In this document: in pieces, positions 39,156-53,004 of the stretch
Layout of the letters: every line of letters begins with the position of its first letter
How positions within the stretch are numbered: position 1 is the first letter of the stretch
Assembly (NCBI GenBank): GCA_000165425.1
Contig: CT868196.1
Location: forward strand, 372,001 to 436,000
Source: Paramecium tetraurelia
Taxonomy: Eukaryota
Reading direction: 5' to 3'
DNA length: 64,000 nucleotides
Program-made: the position numbers and the translations under genes
The notes under the pieces: generated by a model
What the model was told of the DNA's origin: nothing
Seen by the model: the letters and a program-made list of their open reading frames with translations, nothing else
Database searches by the model: none

Positions 39156-40015
39156 TCATTTCTCCATAAATTTCTTAGGATCTGACTCATCATCATCTTC
39201 TGATTCGTCATCTTCGAACAATTTTCTACAACCAAAGATGCGAGAGAACTGATTTTTACACCATTCGTACAACTAATCTAGTCTGGAGAGTTTTATCTAT
39301 TATTCGTCATCAGATTATGAATTTTATTAAAACATTCTTTAATATAATTCTCTATCCTTTTTTAGTACATCATTCAATTTTTATTTGAGTTCAAAATAAT
39401 CTTCCCGCAGTTCTGGATACTCGTTTATGTTGGTTACAAGACTTAAATCGGCCTATACTTTATCATATTCTTAAATATCGAAATGGAAATATCCTCTCCT
39501 CAAAATGTACCTTGGACTAGGATGCATCTTGATTACCTATGTAAATTTATGAATCTAGTTACCATGTCATAAAATTAGGATGCTTTCCCATAATCCTTTT
39601 TCTTCTTATAACAGAGTGCCAGATTAAAAATGATAGGGTATTAGAAATCCTATTTCATTATTTCATTCCTTTCTTATGTGTTCTATAAATCCAACGCTAA
39701 AGCCATTTCATTATACACTTAAATTGCTCGATCATATTATTGCTGATAAAACAACTTATTTCCTTTATTCTTTTAGTAATGTAGCCACTCATAACGATCA
39801 TCCCAACTGAGATCCTATTTTTCACTTTTAAAAGCTGTGGTTTTACCTTCAGCATACTTGACAATTCCTACTATCTAATTTTCCTTAAGGCTGCTTCTTT
39901 AATGCTCTCCTAGTCACTAAATACAATGAAGATAAGTATACATCTATTTTTAATCGATCGTTTGTAATTCAACTTCATTACTCTGAAAGAGCTTAATAAA
40001 TTCTTCTTCCATCAT
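39156..40015 (-). CDS. TPR-repeat protein (co-chaperone-like)
   Basis: KNKGNKLFYQQQYDRAIQVY, IFNLALCYKKKKDYGKA, YILRRG. TGA 39156-39158. Confidence 0.75.
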
Positions 40016-40059
40016 GTTTATATATATAATAAATTTTTAAATTTGTTTCTTAGAATTAA

Positions 40060-43000
40060 TCAAAATTAGAACATAATCAATGGAAATGCGTATAGAACCT
40101 TAGCAAAAGTGTCTATCCCAGTACTGTTTGGTTTGTTAGTGTAGTCAGGTTGGATTAATTCAGAAGTACAAATTTCACAGAGATTTGCAGCACTATTCCA
40201 AGTGTATGTTTTGAGACTATAATCGAAACAAGTTGAAGCTGTCAACTAAGTTGAATCCCCAATTATACAGCCAGAAGCAGAGGGTACACAAATAGTAATT
40301 GACTTTTTATCAAAACTATACAATGGTTTACAAATTGATCCACTTGCCACAGTTGCACATGTATGATTAATACAAGATGTAACATTCGTTCCACTCTGTG
40401 AGGAAACTAAGAACTGACAGGCATTATACTTTGATTTACATGCTTCCATATCAGAATTAGCTTATTCACATGACTTCATTAAATCGCAACTTCCATTATT
40501 TGGATCATTGTTGGAGGGAGTGAAAACACAGACTCCATCTAGTCCTCCTGAATTACAAGCCACTCTAGTTTTGTATGAGACACATTAACTTTTGTTTATG
40601 CAATTAGTTCCATTGGATATACATTAAGCATTTCTCAATTTACAAATTTCTGATGTTACATCATTGAAATCAGAACAAACCTTGACTCTGCAAGATTTTG
40701 TACCTTGGATTTATCCTGATGGAAATGAGAAAATGCACTCTCCATCTCTTCCATAGTAACATCCTTACTCTTTGTATGAATTACATAAGTTCAATTTGAC
40801 GCAATTAGTTCCATTTGTTGTACACTTAGTAGCAGCTTAGAATGCATAGCACTTTGAATGGTTTGTGATTTCTATGGCTGTTGCTATTGTAGCATCTGTA
40901 CATTACCGTAATCTACATTTTCCATTGTCCATAATACATACTCCATCAGTACCAACAGAAGCACAACTCATTTCTGTAATGTAGGCTGAACAAGTAGTTT
41001 ATTCAATGCAATTAGTTCCATCAGAAACGCAAGATGTTGAATATAATTAGCAAATTTCTTTTGTTTATCCAGTGCTATTAGTACATTTAGTGAATAATGT
41101 ACAATGGGCAGCCTTATCTTAAGTAGCAGCTACCCATCCACATTAACCATTTGTACCAATTTAACAACTAGTTGGATTTGAATACTAATCACATGGAGCA
41201 ATAGAAATACAATTCTATCCATTGCTTGTACAATTTTTGGAATATTTTTTACACTATGCATATGTTACTCCATTTATATCACTGCATCTAGTGTATAAAA
41301 TGCATTGAGATTGAAACCATAAACAAGTTCTACTCTTATAGTCAATAGTGCATTTTTCTTTAATCAAGATTTCTTCACATTTGTATTCTGCATTAATGCA
41401 TCCTTTACCATTAGTAACACATTTGCTAAGAAATTCTTAACATTTTTTGTCAGTTGTAAACTATTAACTAGCATCAGAACAATCCAATTCTCTACAATAG
41501 GTTGTATTCCATTTACAAAATCCTCCTAAATCAGTTGTTTTAGCAACAGAGCAAATTGCAACTGTCGTATAGGATGAGCATGAACTAATAGGGATACACC
41601 CATTTCCCTTAGTTGTACACTATTTGTATAGTTCATTGCAATCCTTATGAGTAGTCAAACTTTCGCTTGCATATTCACACCTCCAATCTCTACAAAATCC
41701 AACCTTAGTTATGTTATTAATCTCCCATGCACACATGCCAACAGCATTACTAACAGGAGTATTAACACAAATAGATTAAGATTTGAGATTACTGCATTCA
41801 GGTTATAAATCTCTGCAATTACCAACGTAAGCACAAGAAGCTTTACTTGTACAAACCTTCTGTGTTTAGACCTCTTCACATTAAACATTTGAGGCACAAC
41901 CAAACCCATTAGTAACACACCCTTCTTTGAACTTATTACATAACTCATCAGTATCATAATTATTAGGAGCCTCGTTACATTAAATAGCAACACAAGATGA
42001 GGTAGTTATTGAGCTTATGCCTTTACATGGTTTATCAGTAGCAGAAAATATTGCACATGATATGGTAGTACCTTAGAAGGATGAACATGGTTATGGTGAT
42101 ACACAGCCTATTCCTTTAGTTACACATCCTTAAAGAAAAGCATCACATTCTTAATCAGTAGTTGCACTTGAATTGTGAGTGCAGATTCTATTGACACAGG
42201 CAACCAAATGTGTAGCTGTGTCAGAGTTCCAACAATATCTAGTTCCATTTTCTCCCTTAAATTAACTGCATTCGGTTTGTGATCCTGTATACAATGAGCA
42301 TTTGGCTGTTGCATCAATACATCCAGTACCTTTGGTCACACAACTGATTAGAAATTCTTAGCATAAATCATCAGTATTGGATGTAGTATCATCTGAACAC
42401 AATCGGTTTCTGCATTATTGAGTAGTAGAGGCATTTGTATTATTCCAACACTTTTTAGAATTGCCTTTGAATTAAGAGCAATTAGATTAATTGCCAATAT
42501 AACTTGTACAGGGTTCTGTTTTTGCAATGCATCCTTTTCCTCTGGTCACACATCCAGGCATAAATTAATCACATTAAATATCAGTAATACTATCCATATT
42601 GTCATAACAGTTTTTGGGTTCACAAGATCCAATTGAATCTGCACCTTTGCATTGAATGGAATTTCCAACAAATGAAAGACAACTTGATATGGTTCCAATG
42701 TATAATGAACAAGAGGTTGTAGAAGTGACACATCCTTTTCCTGTAGTTACGCATCCAGATAGAAAGGCATCGCATTCTTAATCTGTCATTGCAGTAGTAT
42801 TGTGAACACATTATCTCTTCACACAAGTTCCTTAACCACTAGTTAACCAACATCTATCTCCAGAGATTGTTCTTAGATTTTAACATTAGGATGCAGAAAC
42901 ATTTGTGTACTTAGAACAGATATCTTTAATAGTATAACAACCAGAGCCATCATATGTGCAGATAGATAAATGGCTAGCACAAGTGGTGTAGGTAGGATTA

Positions 43001-46000
43001 GTAATACTATTGTCACAACTTCTAGTTTCACAAGTTCCAGCTGAAGATGTAGATTTCCAACATTTAACTCCAGATGAAGTTGTAATATTTTAACAGGCAC
43101 TTTGAGTGAAATCGGTGTATGAATTGCAAAAGGGTTAACTATCTACACAGATTAATCCATTGAATCTACAACTAGAGAGATGAGATACACATGTCTAAAC
43201 ACTAGCATTTTCTACTGCATCGTTACATGTTCTTGTTGTGCATTCATATGGTACACTAAGTGAAAACCAACAAAGTACACCTGATGTTGTAGTTACTGAT
43301 TTACAAGCATCAGAAGAGAATCCGGTGTATAGATTGCAATCACTCCTTTAATCAACGCACTAGGCTCCATTGAATCTACAAGTTGACATATGTCCTATAC
43401 ATTCGGCAGTTGAATATGATAATAATACATTCGAGCATAATCTACTTTCACATGTTCCAACATCACTTGTGGTTCTCCAGCATCGAGTGATCCCATCAGA
43501 TAATGTGGTTTCTCTGCATGCATTTTAAGTAAATAATGTATATAAATTACAAGCACTCTATGCATCTGTACATGATGTTCCATTATATCTACATGTTGCT
43601 TTATGTGAAATACAGTTATCTAAACTTGGTGCAGTCACACTATTATTGCATAGTCTTATTTGACAAATACTTGAATTTACATCTTCTTACCAACATTCCT
43701 CAGATGAAGTTGTGGTAGCTGCTTTACAAGCTTACACACTAAAATTAGTATATGAAGTACAGGCACCAAGTTTGTTGACACATTAGGTACCATCATATAT
43801 GCATGTGTCTAAAAAGCTTTCACAAAATTCTGATGAAAACGTATTAGGATCAATCAACTAAGTTGTGATACCTGAGCATGCTCTAGCTTAACAACTATCA
43901 ATAGTAATTGATTTATTCCAACACATCATAGAAGTAGTAGTAATTGCATTCCTACATGCAATGGATGTAAAATTAACATATAAATCACAAGTTATCTATT
44001 TATCAACACAATTGGCTCCAGTGAAAATACAGCCAGGTAAAAATTGGTCGCAATCAGCTTGATTATTTGCTACTCCCAGTTATGAACAAGTCCTTGTCAA
44101 ACAATTACCACTTCCATTAGCTAAATAACATAATCCCCCTGATAGAGTAGTAATCTATTAGCATCTTGTATAACTTAGATTAGAATAAGATTAGCATTGT
44201 AATTCTGCATCTATGCATAAATTGCCATTAAATCTGCATGTTGATAAATAGCTGATGCAGGCATCGTTATTTATTGGATTAATTACATCAGAACATCTTC
44301 TATTCATACAATAATTTTTGCGAACACAGGGTTACTCATTCCCTTTGAATTATTAACATAGACTTTCATTTCCCTTATAAGTTGTGCATAATTAAGTTCT
44401 CTCAATACATCCATTACCTTTGGTTACGCAACCAGCCAGAAATATATTGCATGCCTCATCAGTAGTAGAAGTACTATCTTATGAACACTATTTATTAACA
44501 CAACTTGAACCACCAATCCACCAACATTTTATATTATTACCCTTGAATCTTTAACACTATGAAATACTATTTCCTGGATATGACGTGCATGGTTCACTTT
44601 TGTCAATACACCCTACTCCCTTATTTACACAGGTACTCAAAAATTGATTACATTGGATGTCATCAGTTGCTGTATTATTGTCACTACATTACAGAATTCT
44701 ACAATTAGACATCAATCCATTCTCCTAATAACATTTTATTGTCCCATAAACTCCCTTGTAAATACGACAACTCTCTTGGTTTCCATAATATTTGTGACAC
44801 TCAGCTGAACTATCAACACACCCACTATTTCCTTAGAATTTGCATCCAGTCAGATGATCATCACATTGAATTTGATTTGTTGCTGTTGTATTACTCACAC
44901 ATGTTACATCTATGCATGCAGCATTACTAACACTTGCACTTGTACATTTGATTCCATTTCCTCTAAAATTGATGCAAGTATCTTTATTCCCTGTGTATTA
45001 ATTACATTAAGCAAATACTGATATACATCCAAATGAATTCGTTACACAATTCTCTAAGAAGCCTTTGCAATTCTCATCTGTATTATATGATTTAGGAGCA
45101 TCACTACAAAGTCTATATCTACATACTCCACTATCCCACTAACACCTGATCCCATTCACTTAATTATTACTGCATAAACTAATTGTATTATAATATTTGC
45201 AATCGGTTTATGTTACACATATCTAATTCCATTAACATGAATTTGTGCCTAAACAACTTATCTCTGCTATTGTTGATGTGCACACTGTCTTCTCAACACA
45301 GCCCTTCCCATTTGTTAAACAAAAACTTTAAAATCCAGAACATTAATCATGACTTGTGTATGTGGCAGGAGCATCAGAACAATTCTAAGCTTTACAAGCC
45401 TCTATTTTATCTCCAACACCTTAACAATCTCCCTCTATTCCTATAAATTTCTAACAACTGCTTGCTGTTCCACTGTAAGTAGCACATGACAATCTGTTAT
45501 TAATACAACCTAAACCAGTTGTCACACATCCATATTAATATTCATTGCAGTCAGTGTCTGATTTGAAAGTATCTGGTGCTTCATTACAAAGCCTAACTTT
45601 GCATCCACTTAATCCTATAGTGCAATTTCCATCACTTCCAATATAATGATTACATTCATCAGCAGTTCCTGTATAAGTATTGCATAGTTTCAATTGAGTA
45701 ACACATCCTCTCCCATTTGTAATACAAGTACTTAAATATTACTAACACAATTCATCTGTATTATTAATTGTACTGGCATTCTCACATCGTCTTTCCTAAC
45801 ATTAATTAGATACACCCCCATCACATCTACCTTCTGATCCAATCATCTATTAACACATAAAACCTTCTCCGGTATAAGTAGTGCAACTATTCAAAGGATT
45901 ATTTGAACAACCTCTTCCTGTAGTGATACATCCAAATTAAAATTTCGCACATTATTCATTTGTCGTTAACTCTACTGATGCTGCTGAACAAAGCACTGGA

Positions 46001-46638
46001 CTGCAACCACTACTTGTTTTCTCACAATAACCATCGCTTCCTATCATCCCTAAGCAGGATTCCCCATAAGTTGAACATTCCTCTCTTTTATCCACACAAC
46101 CTTTTCCATTAGTTACACATCCAGGATAAAAAAGGTTACATTAATTATCACTATTTAGAGTTGTATTAGCGTCTATGCATTTGAAATCTCGACATTTCTT
46201 TTATTCCCATTTACATTTACGACCTTGTGCGTTAATATTAGAATAGCAAAGCACTTAATCAATATAATCGCTACAATTCAAAGGCTCTATGCATTAAGTT
46301 CCATCAGAAGTGCAGTATTGAGATATCTATTAACAAAGATCATTTGAACTTTAGGTGTATGCAGAACATCCACTAAATTACTCACAAACCTCATCATTAA
46401 ATGCACAACCTTGCTAAGATTGGCAACTAGTCTTATCCAAAGAGTTACAATGTACACTTACAGTTATATCACTTTAATCAACCTCATTTTTTAAACACTT
46501 TTCATCTTTCCATATACAACTATTAAAAACACAATCCGCCTTAGACTTTAGTTATTCACAATTACATTATTCATTTATAGATGTGCTCACAGTTAAATTT
46601 GGATTAGTCAACAAAAATAACAGAGCCAATCTTATCAT
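40060..46638 (-). CDS. Large cysteine-periodic Paramecium surface-antigen-like protein (~2192 aa), probably GPI-anchored
   Basis: 6579-nt code-6 frame. Signal peptide MIRLALLFLLT, many ~70-aa repeats with CVTKGxGC/CVSDGTxC cores, hydrophobic C-terminus FAKVLYAFPLIMFQF. Confidence 0.85.
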
Positions 46639-46991
46639 ACTTTAGTTTTATATATTATTATTTCAAATTATATTTCTCTTTTGAGTATCTATTATAATAA
46701 TTATTTCTTAATCTAATCTCAATGATCCATTGCAATCTTCTTAGATATTTTTACAGTAACTATTTAAGAAGCATATACACCTTCTGGATGGTTTGAACAT
46801 CTGCTAGTTTAATGGCGATCAATTTTAAGTAGAAATGGCAACTTTGATTTGGTATTATTTTTTTATAATTTTTAATATAATTCATCAATACTACATAATA
46901 CCCTGTCATTCGTAGAGAAAAAAAACTGTTTAACCGATTATTAATGTAATTTAATTAATGTGATTTCATTGAAATATATTAATATAAATAC

Positions 46992-47174
46992 ATGAACAAA
47001 TTAATTGAAAAAAAAGAAAGCAAGTCTCTTGACTTATTTGTTGTTTTAAGAAACCTAGAATACTTAAAAGATCACTTAGTTATTTCAGAAAAAAAAATAA
47101 ACAGAAAAAAAATTAAGATAGATGATGACTTAGAAAAAACGATACTTATTTGTAATTCAGATTAAGAAGACTGA
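46992..47174 (+). CDS. Possible small protein (60 aa)
   Basis: MNKLIEKKESKSLDLFVVLRNLEYLKDHL...SDQED-TGA. Protein-like composition only. Confidence 0.3.
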
Positions 47175-47964
47175 ATTCTAACCAAATCCACCTCTCTCTC
47201 TCTTGATTATAAACCCATTTTTCCATTTAAACAAAAAAAAATAAATTATATTTCTTGTTCATCAACTTCAATCAAAATGGTAAATGCTATCAAGTTCAAA
47301 TGATTACAAGTTAGCCTTTGCATCCTTTTTACACTGAAAATACTAAATTAGAACATATTCCATTATTTTTTCCCATTTTTATGCTTAATCTTCTAATTAT
47401 ATCACAACTTAAAAAGTGGCACTTCTAATGAGAAGTGTTCATCAACCCATAGTTTTGTAGATCTTTGTCTGACAATTTTGTTTATTTCTTTTTATGTTAT
47501 TTTTGTTATTTTTAAAGCTATCAGAAGGACTATGAGAAATAAATAATCTAACAACTTCCATAAAAAGTTATCCAACTATGTTCAAAGGCATAGACAATGT
47601 GTCAATAAGGGAAACCAGGAGTTACCCTGTTGTTCCTCAGGGTAAATCTTGATATTATAAGAGATGTATCTTTGGATTTATTTATTTTGAAAATGGAAAG
47701 CAATTGATAACGGATAATTCAATACACAATTGGCAAAATTATTCATACTAAAATCAATAGCAGATAAGGCTTTAAAAGGCGATTTCGTATTCGCTCTCTA
47801 ATAATTTTTTCAGGTATTTATATATATTTAATATGTTCAAAATATTTTTTAAATAATTATGGAATTTTTTCATTGGAATATTATTTAAAGTAACTTGTTT
47901 TTAAAATATGAGATTATTAAATAATTCATAAGCTTGATTTTTATATTATTATTATATTATAAAG

Positions 47965-49073
47965 ATGTTCTAGTGTCAAAATTAAAATATGGATGAGGTC
48001 TACTAGGAGCATTGTGAATAAAATCTAAATAGCGGAGATAAACTAGTCAATTTTATTTTGAGGATAATAATTTTGATAATTTCCATTCTGTCGAGTTTAT
48101 TTGTGCTAATAATAATCAAGAAGAGTAAAAAAAGCTAATTTTGGCCTTTTATGTTAATCTTCGCTCAGGTATTTTCCGAGCTGATTGATCTCATATTGGC
48201 CTTGTCATTTACGATTAATAGTTCATGTTAGCCATAAGTTTGCAAAATTATTGCCTATTTTATGCATTCTAATTGGTTGGCATCTTTGAATTTTATGTTA
48301 TTCTAATGCTTCATCTACTTTTGCTTAATAAAGGTAAACTATGAATTTACCAATAGTCAGAATTGTTATTCAACTACATAATGAATCATCTGTACTTCTT
48401 CATCTCTTTATTATATTTGATTCCACATGGACTTTTATTTTATGTTTTATACGACGGTGGATTTGGTCCTTCAGGATGGTATCTATAGAATGGTGAGTTC
48501 AACTTCATCTTTTGTGGATGTATATTTCTACTTTAAATTAAGTTATCAATAAACATTTTGTAGGATTTTGGATCATCCCTGTCTCATCCTTATTTGTGCT
48601 TTCAATTATGTTTTCCTTGTTTGTAAAGAAGATCTATATATTTAAAATAGAATTCCTGCTATTGGCATCACCTCCAGAACAAAAAGGGATTGAAGTATCC
48701 TGCCTTAAGAATTCAATCAGTAATCTTATTCCCTGTCCTTTACTCACTCGCATGGATAGTCAATTTTATAATAAGGTATGGAAAATGTCTCCAAAATTTT
48801 AGATTTTTTGAAACCAACGCTAACAATGAGAACTACTGTCCTATTGAAGAAATGAGTATGGGTTTCTACATTTTTTATTTATTTTTAAATCTGGGATTTG
48901 AGTTGCATTTGACAGTGGGAGCCATCCTATTTTATTTCATTTATAGGTATGATTTTGATTAATTTGAAAGAGGACTACTTGGAATGGATTCTTTGAAGAG
49001 AGGTTTTAGAAAGGGGAGGTAAAAGATAGAATCAGTTCAACTTTACTTATCAGATTATTCAAATATATTATGA
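47965..49073 (+). CDS. 7TM receptor-like protein (cAMP-receptor/GCR1-like class)
   Basis: ~7 hydrophobic helices. CKIIAYFMHSNWLAS at TM3, FGPSGWY...FCG loop, LFPVLYSLAWIVNFIIR at TM6. Confidence 0.7.
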
Positions 49074-49482
49074 AATTATCATAGCAATAATGATGCTTAT
49101 GAATATTGTAATTAACTTTTATTCAGTTATTTATTTTCAACACATATATAAAAATCCTAATGGTTCTTTATAAATTTATTCTAAGCGTTTTAGTAATATA
49201 AATAATTGATCAATTCATTATGAATAAAATCTATATTTCTGGTTGATAGACGCAGTGAGATTGAGGATTACATTTTCTTCATTTATAGGTGGTATAATAA
49301 TGCATTATAATAAAGTAGAATTTTATATAATTTATGCTGCGAAACTTGGGTTTATTGATTTAAAAAATGCTTAATTTGCGGATTTTATCTCCTATTTAAT
49401 ATTTTCAAGGTTGAAACTGGGAGTATTTAAATAAAAATTTACTATTATATTCTGATTATATTAATTATCATTTTGAAATATT

Positions 49483-50156
49483 ATGGCCACTTCTATTGCA
49501 AATAAGAAGGACAATTTCGATTGGCTCATTAAAATTCTATTGATAGGGGATTCTGGTGTAGGAAAAACGAATGTGTTATTAAGATTTTGTGAAAATAATT
49601 TCTAGCAAACATACTTATCAACAATTGGAATAGATTTCAAAATAAAATCAATTGATGTTGAAGGTAAGAAAATCAAGATGTAAATTTGGGATACTGCAGG
49701 GTAAGAGAGATTTAAGACAATTACTTAGACATATTATAAAGGGGCAATGGGAATTATTCTTGTATATTCCATTGATGATAAGGACTCGTTTACTAATATT
49801 TCCAGCTGGATGAATCAAATTAAGCAACATGCAAGTGAAAATGTTTGTAAATTGCTTATAGGTTTCTATTTTAAATTTATTCATTTATAATAGGGAATAA
49901 AATTGATGTGCCAAATAGACAAGTCTCAAAAGAAGAAGGGGAAGCATTAGCAAAGTAGTATGGAGTTCCATTTTTTGAAACTTCAGCCAAGGATGGTACA
50001 TAAGTGGCAGAAGCCTTCATTGCAATGGCCAGGGCAGTCAAGGCTAATCTATAAAATGAAAAATCACCTAATCCAAGTAATCCCTAAAATGGACCATAAT
50101 AATTAAAACCAAATAATGGTGCAGATGAAGAAAAAAAGAAGACTGGGTGTTGTTGA
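49483..50156 (+). CDS. RAB8: Rab GTPase, Rab8/Sec4-like
   Basis: [49 protein letters not shown]-terminal GCC. Confidence 0.92.
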
Positions 50157-50364
50157 ATTGAATAAAAATAAAAAACAATAAATAATTTCATCTTTTAATT
50201 ACTTCATCCATTTTTCCTAATTACCATACTTTTTTTTAATTAATATTATATCAAATTGGTTATAACATTGTGGCAATTTAATATATTATTTCAGAAACTA
50301 AATTTAGATCTAATGAAAAATAAATATCATTAATATTTCTTTTAGTAAATCCCTCTTTTACATT

Positions 50365-50841
50365 ATGAAACCAAATTTATTATAGGAATACCAATCTCGA
50401 ACCGCCTCTCCAATCATGCAAACTTTTTCGAGAATTCTAAGAGAAGAGAGAGAAAACGAGTATGACCACGATAATGACGATAAAGACGAGGATACTCCAA
50501 CCCACAAAGCAATAATAATAATTATAGCTTTGTGCATTGGATTATTGATAATTGGAATACTTGCATACATCAGTAGATGTCTCTATTTGAGATGGAAACA
50601 AAAAAAATAAGCATAAGTTAGACAATAATCTGAAGTTGCTTACTAACAATAAGTGGTTTAGATAGAATCTCTTTGCGTCTAAACATAAGAACTGGCTTAA
50701 TGCCCAATATGTTTGATGCCAATCCCATGTTACTTGAAGGTAGTAACACCTTGTAATCACACCTTCCATAAGGCTTGTCTCAATTTATGGCTTCAAGTTG
50801 AAAAAATTTGTCCTTCCTGTAGAGCATCTCTAAATTAATGA
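50365..50841 (+). CDS. Single-TM RING-H2 protein
   Basis: TM AIIIIIALCIGLLIIGILAYI. RING CPICLM...PCNHTFHKACLNLWL...CPSCR. Confidence 0.82.
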
Positions 50842-51327
50842 ATATTTAATTAGCTTTATATAAAGCATTTAACAAACCTTGTTCTAATCAAAGTACTTAT
50901 AAATCTAATGAGTTCCGAGTATTGTGGGAACTCTTCGTGATTTTTCTTCAAATTTAATAAATTGCAGCTCACTCGACTATATAAAATTATAAATATTTCA
51001 ACAATTGTAAACATTTGTTCTAACATATTTTTTAAAAGAAAACAGATTTAATAATAAATAATAGTATAAATTAATTAAATATATATATAGGAGTTAATAT
51101 TTTTAATTTCTGCTAGTTAAAATCTTGTAAATGAATTTATAATCTAAGCAAATTATATTCATTCTGTTATTTTAGTAACTAAAATAAAAGTGGAAACTAT
51201 TTGATGAAATTAAAGAAAATTTAATTGATTTCAGTTAAATAAGATAGAAAATTCGTTAAGGTAAATTGAATATGCATCATGTGTGAAATTAAAATGATTT
51301 TTTTTAATTTATAAATATAAATATTAA

Positions 51328-52931
51328 ATGAATAATTCTTAAAAAAGTAAGTCTGTTCGATCAGGTTCGGCAAGAGTGAGATCAGCGATTGAAAGAGCTG
51401 GGTTGCTTTAACAAAGAGAGCAATTACGCGAAATGTTAATCAACAAATTCAGCAAGGATTATGCTTAAGGAAATAAAAGCAAAGAAGCTCTAATTTAATA
51501 AATAGTTAATGAATACTTTACAAATGAATAAGTAATTGGCAATTTCTAAATTAGGTTACTGAAACCTCTTTAAAGTAGTTGAAAGCAAGAGTAATTGAAG
51601 CAGTGTAAAAATAAAAGGGTTTAAGTCAAACATAGCATGTAGCCTAAAATAATAATAATTCTCAATTTGACAATAAAAGCGAATAGAGATCATAAATTCC
51701 TAGACCATAATCAGTCAAAAATTCAGTAAAATCTGAACTTGATCAAGATTAATATTCTGTAACGTCTTCTCAATTTGAAAAACAACCAAAATCTGTCTAT
51801 GTAGTCGATGAAGAAGATGAATGGGCTGCATTAGTTAAATTCGACACAGAACTTCATTCTAAGGAGCAGCAGCTTGAGTAACAGAGGCAGCAAGAGTTTA
51901 AGAAAAAAATGAAGGCAGAATTAGATAGACAGTTAGAGGAAAAGAAAAGAAGAATAGAAATAGAGAAAAGACAAGAGGATGCTTATGTCAAATTAAGAGA
52001 TTTTTAGATGGATGTTTATGATTAAAGGGAAGAGCAAAAGAAGAGAGAGATAGCCAAAAAATAATAATTGGAAAAAGAACAAAGAGATCGATAAGTAAGA
52101 GAAGAAGAAAAAAGGAAGTTCTTAGAGAAAAAGAAATAATAGGAGTTGGATGCAATTTTAGTTTAAAGGATTCAAGAAGAATTGAAATAAGAATAAAGAG
52201 AGGCCTTATAAAAAAAGGATATGGAGAAGAGGAAATTTGTGGAAATGATGGAAGAAAATGAAAAAAATAGATAAAAATAATTAAATGATGAAATAACAGA
52301 CAAGCAATTAGAAGTTGATATGCAAAGGAAATACATCTAGTTGCAATAGAAATTAGAGGAAGAAAGGGAGATGGAGAAAAAAGAAAGAGAAGACAAAATT
52401 AAAAAGATAATGAGTGATTTTTCATAGACAGTTGTGAAGAATCAGAAAGATTAGATAAAGTAAATATATGCATTAATAATAGGGCTGAGGATGATAAAAT
52501 GATGAAGGCTATATTAATGTAAAATGAAATTGAGTAGTAAGATGAAGAGATTAAAAAAAGACAAATCAAATCGCAATAGTAAGATATGAGAAAGTATTTA
52601 ATAAAGCAGATGGAGGATAAGAAGTATGTATATTCTGATGACTTTAGATAGAGGCTTAAGGAAGAAGAAGAATTGAATAAGAAACAAGCTTAAGTTTGGC
52701 AACAGGATTTGCAGACATTCCAATAACATGAGAAATCCAAATATGATTATATAAAGGATGTCAATGTCAAACATTAAGAAATCTTAAAGCAACAAATGGA
52801 TGAGAGAAAATAACAGTCAGAGACCAAAAAGTAAAATGAACAATGAAGAATTGATGCATAATAAACCTTTGTTAAAGGAATTGGCAGACAAACAAGATAC
52901 TATTAAAGTGAGGAAAGTTAATATAGGATGA
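51328..52931 (+). CDS. Trichohyalin-like charged coiled-coil protein (apparent +1 frameshift near 52811-52817)
   Basis: DEEDEWAALVKFDTEL followed by long E/K/Q/R helices. Three short introns. The C-terminal KMNNEELMHNKPLLKEL lies in the +1 frame. Confidence 0.7.
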
Positions 52932-53004
52932 GAATATTATTGAAATAGATTATATATTAAGTATTTAAATGTGATTACAAATCTATAAATTAAATTATCA
53001 ATAA

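Noticed and set aside
41709..45446. Many short Cys/His/Leu-rich ORFs in the ORF track
   Set aside because: They are alternative-frame or antisense shadows of the single large surface-antigen-like gene.
47280..47800. Possible small membrane-protein gene
   Set aside because: Could not build a consistent ATG-to-TGA model on either strand.
50910..50933. GAGTTCC...GGAACTC hairpin in an intergenic region
   Set aside because: A single 7-bp stem with no other ncRNA hallmarks; expected by chance.
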